Made by a program: the position numbers and the translations under genes
The notes under the pieces: model-generated
Told to the model about the DNA's origin: nothing
Seen by the model: the letters and a program-made list of their open reading frames with translations, nothing else
Databases searched by the model: none
Shown here: positions 28,530 through 38,909 of the stretch, piece by piece
How the letters are laid out: every line of letters begins with the position of its first letter
Numbering within the stretch: the first letter of the stretch is position 1
DNA from: a virus
Taxonomy: Duplodnaviria > Caudoviricetes
Length of the DNA: 64,000 bases
IMG/VR virus record: IMGVR_UViG_3300033463_006479
Location: 64,001 to 128,000 of that record
Reading direction: 5' to 3' (one strand)

Positions 28530-29033
28530 TTAATATAAATCTTCTGAAAAAAGTTCGCCGTCAAGCCCGCCATTTTCATCAATCTGACCAGCGGTCTTGG
28601 CTATATCAAACGCTTCCTTGCGACTGACAAACCTTCCGTTACTTGTTATGAATCCTTGCACGGCCTTGCACCTTGTCAAGTCTTTTTCGTGCCATCCGTA
28701 TTTGACACGCAGTTCGTCATACTTCTGTATTTCCTCTGGCGTTGCGTGCCCGAACACATTTAGCAGGAAATTCGGGTTTGTCGGCAGGATATCTCCGATA
28801 TGCGGATGTCTGTAACCGCCGAGGACAAACCCAGTTTCAATCCCATAGTGTTTCTGAAACGGATATTCGATTCCGTTGTCATACCATATAGCAGCGCACA
28901 CGACATATTCAATGGGTTCATAACAAACCTCAACGTCTTCGTTTTCCGCAAACCAAGCGAGTGCTTCCTTTTCGGATACGAAGTCGGATATGCCGTGGCC
29001 GTCTTTTCTGATATGAACTTTCATTATTTGCAA
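28530..29033 (-). CDS. Conserved phage hypothetical protein
   Basis: VVCAAI..GYRH..QGF.TS.GRFVSR.EA..IA..AGQ..LFSEDLY pattern familiar from phage proteins. Confidence 0.65.
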   Translation of the reverse strand: MQIMKVHIRKDGHGISDFVSEKEALAWFAENEDVEVCYEPIEYVVCAAIWYDNGIEYPFQKHYGIETGFVLGGYRHPHIGDILPTNPNFLLNVFGHATPEEIQKYDELRVKYGWHEKDLTRCKAVQGFITSNGRFVSRKEAFDIAKTAGQIDENGGLDGELFSEDLY

Positions 29034-29746
29034 TAGATTTTGAAATCACCACCAACCCATCCAGTGCTGCACGACAGAATGGTGTCTTTTGGAAAATTCA
29101 TTTTGCGAACCCACCTCATAAGTGATTTCATAGTTTTGGCTCTAACACTGGCATCACTTGAACCCCATTTATATTTCGGGATATGTATGTCAAAAACATC
29201 AAGTGTGTGCCATCCTACCTCCTTGTCGTTATCATCGCAATCAAACCACAAGGTAGTTCCATATTCGCTTGTGTTTTCCTTTCCGAAATAACTTGCACTG
29301 ACATCAACATAGCCACGGGCAAGGCAAAGTTTGTTGTTGTTCTTGTCGTTGAACTTGTAATTTTTGAAATCAAGGACAAACTTTTTTGCTGGAACATAAT
29401 GCCAGCGTTCAAAGTCGTATTTGCCGCCTTTGCCTTTTGCCTCACGAACCATATCAATCCACTCGTCACTATAACACCAGCGCAGACCTTCAATTATCGG
29501 TTGCGGGAGATTGTCCATCTGTGCAATGCAGACATCAATCGCAAGAGGAAAGTTTGTTACGGGATGTTCCTTTGACGGGTTGTAATCCTCACTGGTTTCA
29601 TCCCAATCATTCCAATCTTGCGAATAAACACACCGCATTGGGTCTAACGTACAGCGTGCCATAATTTCGTCACGATGTTCTTTCAAGAATGCCACGATTG
29701 TTTCGGCATCCGCTTTGTTTGCATAAATCTTGTCTATTGCTGCCAT
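29024..29746 (-). CDS. Hypothetical protein
   Basis: 240-aa ORF in tightly packed minus-strand operon. Confidence 0.65.
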   Translation of the reverse strand: MAAIDKIYANKADAETIVAFLKEHRDEIMARCTLDPMRCVYSQDWNDWDETSEDYNPSKEHPVTNFPLAIDVCIAQMDNLPQPIIEGLRWCYSDEWIDMVREAKGKGGKYDFERWHYVPAKKFVLDFKNYKFNDKNNNKLCLARGYVDVSASYFGKENTSEYGTTLWFDCDDNDKEVGWHTLDVFDIHIPKYKWGSSDASVRAKTMKSLMRWVRKMNFPKDTILSCSTGWVGGDFKIYCK

Positions 29747-29749
29747 AAT

Positions 29750-30244
29750 TTATAAGTATATTCCAAATAAAGGTTCTTCACAATCTTTTAGTGAGCTTAC
29801 ATATTCAGCGTAAAGCTCTCGTTGTTTGTCATAATTGTTATTTAATATGTCTGATATTTTTGTTCCCAAATCGTCCAATCCACACATTGCATAATCAGCA
29901 TATAGTGTGATGGTTTCATCGCTTGTTCCCGTAATTCTATCATATTTGGAAATCATTGCATTATGTAATGTAACGGAATTATCAACACCAGCGGATATTC
30001 CGCAAGTGAATGTGCCTTCTTTCTTGCGCCAAATGCCGCTTGGTACTATGTTATTTTGTATAAGTGCATTGAAGTATTTGGAAATGTTTTTTCCACGAAA
30101 ACGCACTGATATTGACGGGTCATCATAACTGCCGACAACACCTATTTCAAAACCAGACACTGGAACATCAAGACGTTTGGGTGTATTGCCGTTTTTATGC
30201 TCAATGACAAGCACAACGTCATCTGAAAACTTATGGTATCTCAT
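29750..30244 (-). CDS. Hypothetical protein (similar N-terminus to 31280-31867)
   Basis: KRLDVPVSGF..RGKNISKY vs KTIDIPVSNF..SGRNIDKY. Confidence 0.6.
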   Translation of the reverse strand: MRYHKFSDDVVLVIEHKNGNTPKRLDVPVSGFEIGVVGSYDDPSISVRFRGKNISKYFNALIQNNIVPSGIWRKKEGTFTCGISAGVDNSVTLHNAMISKYDRITGTSDETITLYADYAMCGLDDLGTKISDILNNNYDKQRELYAEYVSSLKDCEEPLFGIYL

Positions 30245-30245
30245 A

Positions 30246-30764
30246 TTAAATCAGTTTTGAAAGAACATCACGGAGTTTCTGTTCCTTAACGCCTTCGCTT
30301 TTCTTTTTCATATCCTCACGATTCATAATGCAGAGCGGTGTGAACAATCCTTTTTTGCAAAGCAAATTGGCCAGTTTTTTGTCTTCAACTGACATACTAT
30401 GGAGAATATTGAAGTTGATTGCATCTGCAATTTCGCAATGTGATGGATAGTAACCATAATTTTTCTTGTATTCAAATCCCTTGATTTCAAGATAGCGTTT
30501 TTCCATCTTCTCATATTCAATCTCTTCATCGCACATAGGCACAAACCCGTCATACAATTTTTTGAAAACATCATACGATTTCAAAATGGCATACAATGCA
30601 CAAAGCTCTTTGCTTGTGTATGCGTCCAGCCATTTTCTGACAATGCAGTATCCCCCTTTTAGCTCGTCAAAGCCAACCAGTTTTTTCGGAAGCAGGCTTT
30701 CCATACGATAATCAACAGAAATTGAACAGATAGCGTCCTTAAATAATTCTTTTGTGTCAATCAT
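30246..30764 (-). CDS. Hypothetical protein
   Basis: First gene after early promoter copy 2. Confidence 0.6.
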   Translation of the reverse strand: MIDTKELFKDAICSISVDYRMESLLPKKLVGFDELKGGYCIVRKWLDAYTSKELCALYAILKSYDVFKKLYDGFVPMCDEEIEYEKMEKRYLEIKGFEYKKNYGYYPSHCEIADAINFNILHSMSVEDKKLANLLCKKGLFTPLCIMNREDMKKKSEGVKEQKLRDVLSKLI

Positions 30765-30784
30765 AATTCCATATTTTTACGCTG

Positions 30785-30852
30785 CAAAAATACGACAATG
30801 TTTTGATATGACAATAGGAAAAATGAAAAAGTTATCAACAAACTTATCAACA
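30785..30852 (-). promoter_or_regulatory. Early promoter copy 2
   Basis: caaaaata 30785; ttatcaaca 30832 and 30844. Confidence 0.7.
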
Positions 30853-31272
30853 GCAAGGATGCGATTCAAGAAAATTGATGATTTCATCCCAATCTGTTTC
30901 TGGCTCAAATCCGAACTTGTCATCAATACCGACATTGAAATATATTTTTTCTTTTGAATATATGTCGGTGTCGCCAACTTCTGGGTTGCTGTTCATATAG
31001 TCAAACACTATTCCGTTTTTCACCATATACGCCCAGTATTTTGTAAGTTTGTCGGAATGTGTGCCACTCCATAGTATAAGGCATATATCGTTTCTGTCGC
31101 TCATCATTTGCAACGCCTCTTTTGCGTTGCCGAGCCAGTTGTAGTTGCAGTCGGATGAATAGTCCGATTCAAATATAGTTCCGTGAATGTCAATGAGGAC
31201 ATATATGTATTCCCATCTCTGTTCACGCATACGCTCAAATGCGTTTTCAAATGCTTTTGTGATTCCGCCCAT
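30847..31272 (-). CDS. HAD-superfamily-like hydrolase
   Basis: YVLIDIHGTI, ILWS, N.NPE, K.YFNVGIDDK. Confidence 0.6.
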   Translation of the reverse strand: MGGITKAFENAFERMREQRWEYIYVLIDIHGTIFESDYSSDCNYNWLGNAKEALQMMSDRNDICLILWSGTHSDKLTKYWAYMVKNGIVFDYMNSNPEVGDTDIYSKEKIYFNVGIDDKFGFEPETDWDEIINFLESHPCC

Positions 31273-31279
31273 AATGATA

Positions 31280-31867
31280 TTATTGAAAATCTGATGATAT
31301 TGCGGCAAGTGTCTTGTATAAGGCATCTTGGCCAGTTGAAGCTATCTGTGCGGCCATTTGCTGTATTTCTCTTTCGTCTTGGATTTTCCAGATAAAAGAT
31401 GAATTTTGTGCAGCACGACAACTTGTGTTAATTATGTCTGGTGTCATACGATAGTTTTCAATCTCGTGTGCGTTTTCCAAGAATTGTTTTTCAAACAAGT
31501 CAGCGGATTGACAACTATTTTTAAAACCAGATTTACGGCCACGAAGCAATGCGTTGCTTGCAGCCATTCTGATATAATGCTTATCCGAAGAAACAACTGC
31601 CCTTTGTATGGCAGCAACGCATTTGTTATCGCTGTCAAATATCACACAATCACATATAGAATCGTATATACTTATTATACCGTTGTGTGAATGCATCCAT
31701 TCAACATACTTGTCTATATTCCTGCCAGACAATAGCAAATCAACCTCGCTTGACAATCCATATTTAGCACCGCAATATACAAAATTGGATACTGGAATGT
31801 CAATAGTCTTTTTGCGTTTTGTCAATTTGAACACAAAGTTTCCGTATATTGTTACATTTTCTACCAT
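31280..31867 (-). CDS. Hypothetical protein
   Basis: Start MVENV abuts MTase stop. Confidence 0.55.
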   Translation of the reverse strand: MVENVTIYGNFVFKLTKRKKTIDIPVSNFVYCGAKYGLSSEVDLLLSGRNIDKYVEWMHSHNGIISIYDSICDCVIFDSDNKCVAAIQRAVVSSDKHYIRMAASNALLRGRKSGFKNSCQSADLFEKQFLENAHEIENYRMTPDIINTSCRAAQNSSFIWKIQDEREIQQMAAQIASTGQDALYKTLAAISSDFQ

Positions 31868-32694
31868 TAGAACAATGCTTTTGATTTTATTCTTGATGCT
31901 ATATAGTTTTCGGCTTCCTCGTAATTGATGTTGTTTATCCAGTTCTCTGCCTTTTTGAACATATCGCCGTCTTTTTCGCAACCTATGAAATTGCGGCCTA
32001 TGAGTTTGCAGGCAACCGCACAACTGCCACTGCCCATAAACGGGTCTAACACAGTATCGCCTTTGTTTGATGAAAGTGTTATCAGTTCAACATTCAGAAG
32101 GACTGGTTTTTGTGTTGAGTGGATTTGTTTTTCAAACTTGGAATTGTATGTCGGTGAGGTGAACGCAAGTACATTTCCAACTCCACTCCAACGGACACGC
32201 ATACCAGTGTTTTGGTCAAGAAACCATCCCCTCGGTTTTCCGTCTTTGACATATGGTGCTACAACTTCACGAAGATACTCAACTTTGTTAAACGTCCATT
32301 TAGCACCAATTTTTGTTATATGCAGGATTTCCTCCGCTTGCGATTTTAGTTTCAGCGAACTTCCCCTACCCTTTTGTCTTGCGTAAGTCAGCCAGTTTTC
32401 AAGATTGCATTGTAGTCCAGCAAGTTTGACGGCCTCATATACCGTTGGAAACATTGTCCTTGCACAGCACATCCATATTGTTCCGTTATCTGTAAGAACA
32501 CGTTTCGCTTCACGCAGAAATTCAACTATGAACACTTGATAATCCATAATGTCATCCCAACTCGTGTCTGAAGTAACGCCCGCAAACCCTATTCCGTATG
32601 GTGGGTCGGTCACAATAAGCGGTATGCTCTTGTCTGGAAGAGTCCGCATATACTTGTAATAATCCTCGTTGAAAATTTTAATATCACTGTCCAT
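31867..32694 (-). CDS. DNA methyltransferase (beta class)
   Basis: DPPY, HSTQKP, DPFMGSGS. Confidence 0.9.
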   Translation of the reverse strand: MDSDIKIFNEDYYKYMRTLPDKSIPLIVTDPPYGIGFAGVTSDTSWDDIMDYQVFIVEFLREAKRVLTDNGTIWMCCARTMFPTVYEAVKLAGLQCNLENWLTYARQKGRGSSLKLKSQAEEILHITKIGAKWTFNKVEYLREVVAPYVKDGKPRGWFLDQNTGMRVRWSGVGNVLAFTSPTYNSKFEKQIHSTQKPVLLNVELITLSSNKGDTVLDPFMGSGSCAVACKLIGRNFIGCEKDGDMFKKAENWINNINYEEAENYIASRIKSKALF

Positions 32695-32911
32695 TTGAAA
32701 CCTCCCGTATTGAAATAATGCTATTCATATCAAGATTGGTTAAAATCTGCTCTCTGGCAAAAGGTTCAATGCTATACCATATTGCTTCTGTCGGTTTGTT
32801 CATATCAATATCTTTATCAACAGAAACAATATCGTGTTCCACTTCAATTCCGCCGCTCACATAACCGCCGCTGGTTACATATGTGCTAATATATGTTATT
32901 TCCAGTTCCAT
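32684..32911 (-). CDS. Hypothetical protein
   Basis: Fills gap in operon. Confidence 0.5.
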   Translation of the reverse strand: MELEITYISTYVTSGGYVSGGIEVEHDIVSVDKDIDMNKPTEAIWYSIEPFAREQILTNLDMNSIISIREVSNGQ

Positions 32912-32921
32912 AAATTTGTAA

Positions 32922-33593
32922 TTATATAAGTTGTGCCCTTTTCCAATGTTTAGTCCAATGTTTGTCAGTCTGAACGTGGTTTGCACGCACATACTTGCAC
33001 ACATATTTCGGAAATTCGTCCACGCTGAACTCATCTGCTATACGCATAACAACACCCTCCTTCGTGTCGCCGTATGCTGACGGCTGCTGCATAATCTCGT
33101 CAATCTTTTGCTTAACCTCATCTTCGCTATGGAACACGCCACGCCAAAGGATTGGAACTGTTGGAAGTTCCATAATGCTTGCCGTGAGTTCAACATCATC
33201 CCAAGAGTAGAATATAGGAAAATGAAACATATCGTTTGACAATCCGACAACAGCGAATATATGGAAGTATTCTGGAAGTCTGTCATAATGTATGGAATGC
33301 TCTCCGTACAAGTTCTCCCCAAACACCTCCTCATACTCTCCGATTTTGCCTTTCACTTTCCAATAAAGCCCGTCATTGCCCCACAAGTTCCTTGACCAAG
33401 GGCTTCTTGTTTCTGTTGCGTGAGAACGGGCGAACACGCCATCACAGCTCAAGCAAGAATTTTCTCCGTCAAGTTTTTCAGTTATGACAACTTCCCTGCC
33501 CTTGTAATTCTCAAACCATCCACTCTCTAAACGCTTATCGTCAGAGGTAGCTCCTTGTGAGAACGGGAGATGATATGTTCTTGGATATTTCAT
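32922..33593 (-). CDS. RNA ligase family protein
   Basis: KYPRTYHLPFS.G...DD, motif I TEKLDGEN, GEN, EGVVMR, KYVR. Confidence 0.8.
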   Translation of the reverse strand: MKYPRTYHLPFSQGATSDDKRLESGWFENYKGREVVITEKLDGENSCLSCDGVFARSHATETRSPWSRNLWGNDGLYWKVKGKIGEYEEVFGENLYGEHSIHYDRLPEYFHIFAVVGLSNDMFHFPIFYSWDDVELTASIMELPTVPILWRGVFHSEDEVKQKIDEIMQQPSAYGDTKEGVVMRIADEFSVDEFPKYVCKYVRANHVQTDKHWTKHWKRAQLI

Positions 33594-33614
33594 CGCTTTA
33601 TGTTTTTGACGATA

Positions 33615-33682
33615 CAAAAATAAAACATATTTTCAAATCGTTGATATGAAAATGCGAAAAATTATCAACAGAGTTTTTAACA
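33615..33682 (-). promoter_or_regulatory. Early promoter copy 3
   Basis: caaaaata 33615; ttatcaaca 33662, variant tttttaaca 33674. Confidence 0.65.
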
Positions 33683-34039
33683 CTATTTGAACGAGTATCT
33701 GTTCATTGTGGTGTATTCAACCGTTGTGATTCTGGAAAGCAGGTCAATGCCAGTTTCATCTTTCACGCTCTTTGAGAACTTGTCAAGAAACAATCTGATT
33801 TCAAGTTTCTTGTCAGCGTCAAAAATGAAATTTTCATCAGCATAAGACCAGACCTTAACCTTGTCATATCTGCGTTTGTATTCGCCAGAATATGACAATG
33901 ACATTCCGATTCCGTGTTTCTGGTTCAGCGTGAAACTCACGTTTCCTCTGGTTGTTGTTACGCCTTTGATGTTGTGCGATTTGAGGTAGGCGCATAGGCG
34001 TTCAGCCTTCCGTAATCTTTTAACTCTTATGTCTTCCAT
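33683..34039 (-). CDS. Hypothetical protein
   Basis: Packed operon ORF. Confidence 0.55.
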   Translation of the reverse strand: MEDIRVKRLRKAERLCAYLKSHNIKGVTTTRGNVSFTLNQKHGIGMSLSYSGEYKRRYDKVKVWSYADENFIFDADKKLEIRLFLDKFSKSVKDETGIDLLSRITTVEYTTMNRYSFK

Positions 34040-34049
34040 TATAATGTTG

Positions 34050-34424
34050 TTATAATAGCGAATCCGCTATTGGTTTAATCATCTGGTAATAATATGTTTC
34101 TTCAAACTTGCACTTGCTGTGTGTCCTTACATATTTGTCGCACCACTCGTACAAATCAGCACCGACAGCACCAGTATAAATGACTCCGTTGCTGGCCATA
34201 GCACACAAGTTTTCAAAAAGCGTTCTTTTTTCCAAAGGCCATTCCGCAACAACAGAATACGGCACATTAAACAACGGGCAATAAATGCCAACTGAAGAAT
34301 GAGTCCCACGTCTTGAACGTTCAGCTATGATATTGGCCGCATTGGTTACACGTTTCATCAATTCATCTTTGCTTGATTGCGTGTAAACTGGTTGTTCGGA
34401 TGTTGCGTTTTTGTTTTCTGTCAT
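34050..34424 (-). CDS. Hypothetical protein
   Basis: Packed operon ORF. Confidence 0.55.
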   Translation of the reverse strand: MTENKNATSEQPVYTQSSKDELMKRVTNAANIIAERSRRGTHSSVGIYCPLFNVPYSVVAEWPLEKRTLFENLCAMASNGVIYTGAVGADLYEWCDKYVRTHSKCKFEETYYYQMIKPIADSLL

Positions 34425-34912
34425 AACCTTATGTCAAATATCTGGTTGTTGTATTTTTCAAATATTTTTCTGACTATCTCCCTATTTTCTTCCGTGTCAA
34501 AACTTCTGTCATAGTCGCCGCCGCATTGAACAAGACTTTCAATCGCTATGATATAAAAAGTGTTTGTTTTATTTTTTGCAATAGTCTTGTCAAGTTCAAC
34601 AATGTCAATCTCGTTCAAGCGTGTTTTTGTAATAGGCTTTATTTCCAGTTTTCCACCATTTCTTTTAGGTTCTTTATAGTCTGGATTTTTGGCAAGAACT
34701 GTTATGGTAGAAAAAGGTGAGCCTTCACCGCTTTTCCATTTTAGTATATTATACGCTTGTTCAAGCGTGAGCGGTTTTTTTGGAAGTCCGCCAAATATAT
34801 CTTCAGTTCTGAATGATACTTCAAATCTATCATCTCTGACCGATGTTGATGGCGCATTATTGTATTGTTGCAATATTTTCAAATAGTCTTTAAAGTAATC
34901 TTTAGGTGGCAT
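34421..34912 (-). CDS. Hypothetical protein with internal tag (KLEIKPITKTRL)
   Basis: Motif at mid-protein, not preceded by E. Confidence 0.6.
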   Translation of the reverse strand: MPPKDYFKDYLKILQQYNNAPSTSVRDDRFEVSFRTEDIFGGLPKKPLTLEQAYNILKWKSGEGSPFSTITVLAKNPDYKEPKRNGGKLEIKPITKTRLNEIDIVELDKTIAKNKTNTFYIIAIESLVQCGGDYDRSFDTEENREIVRKIFEKYNNQIFDIRL

Positions 34913-35240
34913 CGTTTTCTTTGTTTTTGTTTGTTATGTAATTCAAAACATACAGCAATCCGTCAAACCCGATAAGTTTCAACGCTTCACTTATATGCAA
35001 GTCAGCATCACCTTTGACTATATGGCTTGCGTATTCATCATCACAGCCGAGCGTATTCTTTATATATTCTCTTGCGTTATCCCCGCCGTTTTGCCGTTCA
35101 AGTATTTTGACGGCAATCATACCAGATACACGAAGCCACTGGCGATTGTTGACACGCCATTCGGCCATTTCACGCCAGTTGGATGGTGTTGGTGAACTTA
35201 TGGCTTCAAGTTTCTTAATTATATCATCATTGGTTGTCAT
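34902..35240 (-). CDS. Possible HTH transcription regulator/antitoxin-like protein
   Basis: PSNWREMAEWR..N.QWL..S..IA.KI...LG....Y.S.I.KG...L pattern. Confidence 0.45.
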   Translation of the reverse strand: MTTNDDIIKKLEAISSPTPSNWREMAEWRVNNRQWLRVSGMIAVKILERQNGGDNAREYIKNTLGCDDEYASHIVKGDADLHISEALKLIGFDGLLYVLNYITNKNKENDAT

Positions 35241-35607
35241 CGTTTTTCTTATGTTCGTCAATATACTCATCCATAACAACATTGAGAAATTCAACGGTTT
35301 TATCTGGAAGATTTTTTGCATCTGGGTTTTCTTTCAAATAGTCAAGGGTTTTTCCGACACCATAAATGACATACATATCCTCTTTTGAAGGGACGAATAT
35401 CACGAATAACGATGTTACGCAAAGTGCGGCAAACATTTTGAATGTCATTTTGCCGATTTTTGTCCTAATAGAATCATTTTCGTTTTCAGCAACCATAACA
35501 ATATATGTTATGAGAAGCACAACAACTGTTACTATAAGAATAATCATAGCAGTAATGGAGACACATTTGAAACCGTCCAATACGCTAAACCAATACAAGT
35601 TTTTCAT
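35227..35607 (-). CDS. Membrane protein
   Basis: Two hydrophobic segments then PSKEDMY.IYG.G. Confidence 0.6.
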   Translation of the reverse strand: MKNLYWFSVLDGFKCVSITAMIILIVTVVVLLITYIVMVAENENDSIRTKIGKMTFKMFAALCVTSLFVIFVPSKEDMYVIYGVGKTLDYLKENPDAKNLPDKTVEFLNVVMDEYIDEHKKNDDNQ

Positions 35608-35834
35608 TTCTTTGATTTTTTGATGATGTTCAATATTTTGAATATGTGATAAAATGCCAAGCCGACAAAAATATAAAGCGGAAGCTCAAAGCATAGGAAC
35701 ATAGTCCAGTTAAAACCAACTGTACCATAATGTCCTACTATAGCCATTATGATTCCAACTATGCCAATTCCAAGAATAAAGTTTAGGTTATTCTCTACGG
35801 CCTTTTTTATGAACTTTCCGATTTTGTCAAACAT
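35604..35834 (-). CDS. Small membrane protein
   Basis: Two TM segments. Confidence 0.55.
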   Translation of the reverse strand: MFDKIGKFIKKAVENNLNFILGIGIVGIIMAIVGHYGTVGFNWTMFLCFELPLYIFVGLAFYHIFKILNIIKKSKK

Positions 35835-35840
35835 ATCCGT

Positions 35841-36395
35841 TTATTTTTCAACAACAGTATATCCGAATGGAACTACGCCGTTTGCTATGGATTCCCAATG
35901 CTTGGCCACATTATTGCCAGCAGGGAACGCATATTTGTCACCAGCCTCTTTTCTGCGGATTTCCTCATTGTTTTTTTCAACGAGTTCTTTTGCTTTTTTT
36001 TGCAATGCCGTCCAAGTGTCCTTGCTGATTGTTTTTTCAAACTTGTCATCGTATTGCGGATATAGCATATGGTTGTAGTTCACAAGACGCATTCCGCAAT
36101 CGTGGTCATCAAGCATAAGTTTGTCAATGATACTCCACAGCACACAACCTATTTGAAAGCCAGTCATACCATATTGACAAGAACACATTTCTATTGCCGC
36201 ATACGCAAGTGCAGATGCGGAATCAACGGTCTGCTCGTAAAAGTCAGTGCCGTCTTTTAACGCAAAACAATGCGAAACGAGTTCATCGGCAAACGCTTTA
36301 AGCTGTTCCGTGTTGCGGATTTCGGTTTTCGCACGATTGTGCCATTTTTCCTTATCGGCCTTCCACCGTTCTCTTTGTTCTTCTGTAATTTCCAT
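35841..36395 (-). CDS. Conserved phage hypothetical protein
   Basis: GMTGFQ.GC..W, MLYPQY..KF, HW.SI..G.VPFGY. Confidence 0.6.
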   Translation of the reverse strand: MEITEEQRERWKADKEKWHNRAKTEIRNTEQLKAFADELVSHCFALKDGTDFYEQTVDSASALAYAAIEMCSCQYGMTGFQIGCVLWSIIDKLMLDDHDCGMRLVNYNHMLYPQYDDKFEKTISKDTWTALQKKAKELVEKNNEEIRRKEAGDKYAFPAGNNVAKHWESIANGVVPFGYTVVEK

Positions 36396-36427
36396 AATTT
36401 TATTTTCTATAATATAATAAAAATTTT

Positions 36428-36676
36428 TTATTTGTACAAATATCTTGTGGTGCTCCAATCGTTTTCGGAAGATAAGCGTTTGTGATGCTCAATCATCTCA
36501 TTGGCTTCTTCAAGCGTTGTTTTTGCCAGATACGGGCTGTAATCCTCAACAATGGATTCGGTGTTCACTCTGTCTGGGAATATGATATATTTCCAAAACA
36601 GAACACTCTTTACCTGCGGGTAATAAAACAACTTCCCTTTGTGCGATACAATCTTTATTCTGTATCTGTTTGCCAT
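36428..36676 (-). CDS. Hypothetical protein
   Basis: YRI..YYPQ.K..LFW pattern common in Bacteroidetes phages. Confidence 0.5.
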   Translation of the reverse strand: MANRYRIKIVSHKGKLFYYPQVKSVLFWKYIIFPDRVNTESIVEDYSPYLAKTTLEEANEMIEHHKRLSSENDWSTTRYLYK

Positions 36677-36683
36677 ATTTCTG

Positions 36684-37016
36684 TTATATTTCAAATTTGT
36701 AAACCGCAACAAGTTTGTCATCGTGATAGACTTCAAGTTTGTCATCATACACGCCGAGTTGCATTAAGGAATCGTATGAGGTATGGCCGTCACTCCATTC
36801 AAGTTTCAAGGATTCACCTTTGGTGTCAAGAACTGTGCATTTTCCAATTTCCTCATAATCGTCAAAATCATTGTTCTTGCAAACATAGAAAATAAGTTTT
36901 GCGCCTTTGCAAAAAATATCCCGCTTTTCCTTCGTTGCCTTTTTTTCGTTGATAACAGAAAGTACAAGAAGAAAAGCAACAATAGCCAATGTTAAGAAAA
37001 ATATCAATCCGTTCAT
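36684..37016 (-). CDS. N-terminally membrane-anchored small protein
   Basis: Single N-terminal TM. Confidence 0.55.
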   Translation of the reverse strand: MNGLIFFLTLAIVAFLLVLSVINEKKATKEKRDIFCKGAKLIFYVCKNNDFDDYEEIGKCTVLDTKGESLKLEWSDGHTSYDSLMQLGVYDDKLEVYHDDKLVAVYKFEI

Positions 37017-37026
37017 AGTGGTTATG

Positions 37027-37779
37027 CTATAATATGTTTATTTTCTTTTCGGCAATCAAATCGTATTCATAATTGGTGTCATACCAGATTGTTTTGAATT
37101 GGTCGCTGCCAGTAATTCTACTTATGTATGGTTGTAACATATCGCAAAACTGGTGCATCCATCCTTTCAAATCATCAATGCTGGTTGAGCATCTGTACAA
37201 ATATGGCTTGAGTGTCGGGTAATATGCGGCCAATCCGCCTTTTGTATAGATTTCAACATCGTCAAGAAGTGCGGAGCATTGTCCTATCTGGAACGCTATG
37301 ACCTTTTTTATGTCATCGCCGCTCATATTTTTATTCAATGTGTCAAAATCAATCGTATCAAGATTGTCCGCAAGAAGTTCCAATGTTTCAAGCCTTTCGT
37401 TCCAGCATCCGTGTAATGCTTCTTTTATTTGTGTGCGGAATTGTGACCGAGACAAGTGTGATAGTATGATTCTTGATGAACGCATACATTTGACTGGAAT
37501 GTCCCTGCATCTTCTGAATTTTACCAGTAACGGGTCGGTCTGTTCGTGCAAATCATACGTGTCAATAAGCGAATTGTTTATTTCATCAATGCTGCCTTTG
37601 TAGCAAGCCATCACAACGCCCTTTCGCTCATCAACGGTTATCAGATTTCTGTTCTCCGATTTGTCAGCACTACAAAACGCTTTCGCTTCCTGCAATGATG
37701 GTATTTCATCAACAACATAGACAACATCAGTGTCCGTGCTGTCTTCAGAGCCGTGTATATATCTTGCAAACAACTTCAT
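37027..37779 (-). CDS. Putative nucleotidyltransferase (Pol-beta-like GS-x3-D-x-D)
   Basis: YIHGSEDSTDTDVVYV. Confidence 0.5.
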   Translation of the reverse strand: MKLFARYIHGSEDSTDTDVVYVVDEIPSLQEAKAFCSADKSENRNLITVDERKGVVMACYKGSIDEINNSLIDTYDLHEQTDPLLVKFRRCRDIPVKCMRSSRIILSHLSRSQFRTQIKEALHGCWNERLETLELLADNLDTIDFDTLNKNMSGDDIKKVIAFQIGQCSALLDDVEIYTKGGLAAYYPTLKPYLYRCSTSIDDLKGWMHQFCDMLQPYISRITGSDQFKTIWYDTNYEYDLIAEKKINIL

Positions 37780-38006
37780 TTTTTATGATTTTTTAAGATT
37801 ATATTGTATGCGTTTTTTGATTGATTTAACATTTTTTGTGAACAGATAAGGTGTGAAAACAAACAGCATTTCGTTGATTTTGTCATAGATTTCGCACCTC
37901 TCATTGCGTTCTGTAAAGATGCATTGTATTGGGAATACGATTATTGCGACCAAATCTATAAAGATAACCTTTGCGAGAATTAGCAGATTCCGTTTCATTG
38001 TATTCC

Positions 38007-38342
38007 TTATTTTTTCCTTTTCAGTTTTGGAAGAATTTTTCTAATGATGAACTCTTTGTAAGAAACTGGGTCATTTTCACTGTTTACAATTCTGTCCGCA
38101 TCTTTCTTATCCAAGATAAATGTTCCGTCTGACGGCTCTGCCCAGTCATCACGCTTTGGAGGTCTGTATTCTTGAACGTGGTCATCAATGTCCTCTGGAT
38201 TGTAGTGTGCTACAGCATCTCTGACAATCTGCTTGTTTTTGTTGGATGTTTTCCGTCTGCGGTTTTTGTAAAATCCAGTGTTTTGATTGCCAAAACCGCC
38301 GCACATTCCGAGTTTTACAAATTTTCTATATGACCTGCTCAT
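38007..38342 (-). CDS. Basic hypothetical protein (MSRSYRK...)
   Basis: Packed operon ORF. Confidence 0.55.
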   Translation of the reverse strand: MSRSYRKFVKLGMCGGFGNQNTGFYKNRRRKTSNKNKQIVRDAVAHYNPEDIDDHVQEYRPPKRDDWAEPSDGTFILDKKDADRIVNSENDPVSYKEFIIRKILPKLKRKK

Positions 38343-38811
38343 TATAGTTTCTTTTTTGGATTTTCTTTATTTCGGTTTCAATGCCGTCTATCGCTTGCTT
38401 GTGATATGCGATTTCTTTGTCAAGCTGTTCGATACGGGTGTGCTTGCAAGATTCCAGAAAATTGTTCTTTTCCTTGACGAGTTCTTCGCCATCACAAAGC
38501 AACCATTTGATTGGGATTTTAGGAAATTCTGCGGCTTTGCATTTGCCACCAACTTCATAATCATAAGCAAGAGAATGGCCGTGAAAGTGTAAGAACGAAT
38601 CATCAACACTGCTAACTCTTGTCAATGTTGTGCGTGCGCTGTCCTTGAATATCTTTTTCTCAATCTTGTGAAAATCGTCAAGCGCAAGTTGTGAAATTTT
38701 GAGAAGGTCTATTTCCTTCTTTGACGGTTTTTCAGAAAGACGCTTACAACCAGCGTCATAAGTTTCCTTTTGAAAATGCTTGATTAGTTTCTGTGTTTTT
38801 TCCTTTTCCAT
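38326..38811 (-). CDS. Hypothetical protein
   Basis: First gene after early promoter copy 4. Confidence 0.6.
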   Translation of the reverse strand: MEKEKTQKLIKHFQKETYDAGCKRLSEKPSKKEIDLLKISQLALDDFHKIEKKIFKDSARTTLTRVSSVDDSFLHFHGHSLAYDYEVGGKCKAAEFPKIPIKWLLCDGEELVKEKNNFLESCKHTRIEQLDKEIAYHKQAIDGIETEIKKIQKRNYNEQVI

Positions 38812-38834
38812 AACTGTTTATTTTTGTTATGCTG

Positions 38835-38901
38835 CAAAAATACAATTTTTTATAAAAGGTATAGCATATTTCAAAAAAACTTATCAACAGAGTTATCAAC
38901 A
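38835..38901 (-). promoter_or_regulatory. Early promoter copy 4
   Basis: caaaaata 38835; ttatcaaca 38881 and 38893. Confidence 0.7.
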
Positions 38902-38909
38902 GATTTCGG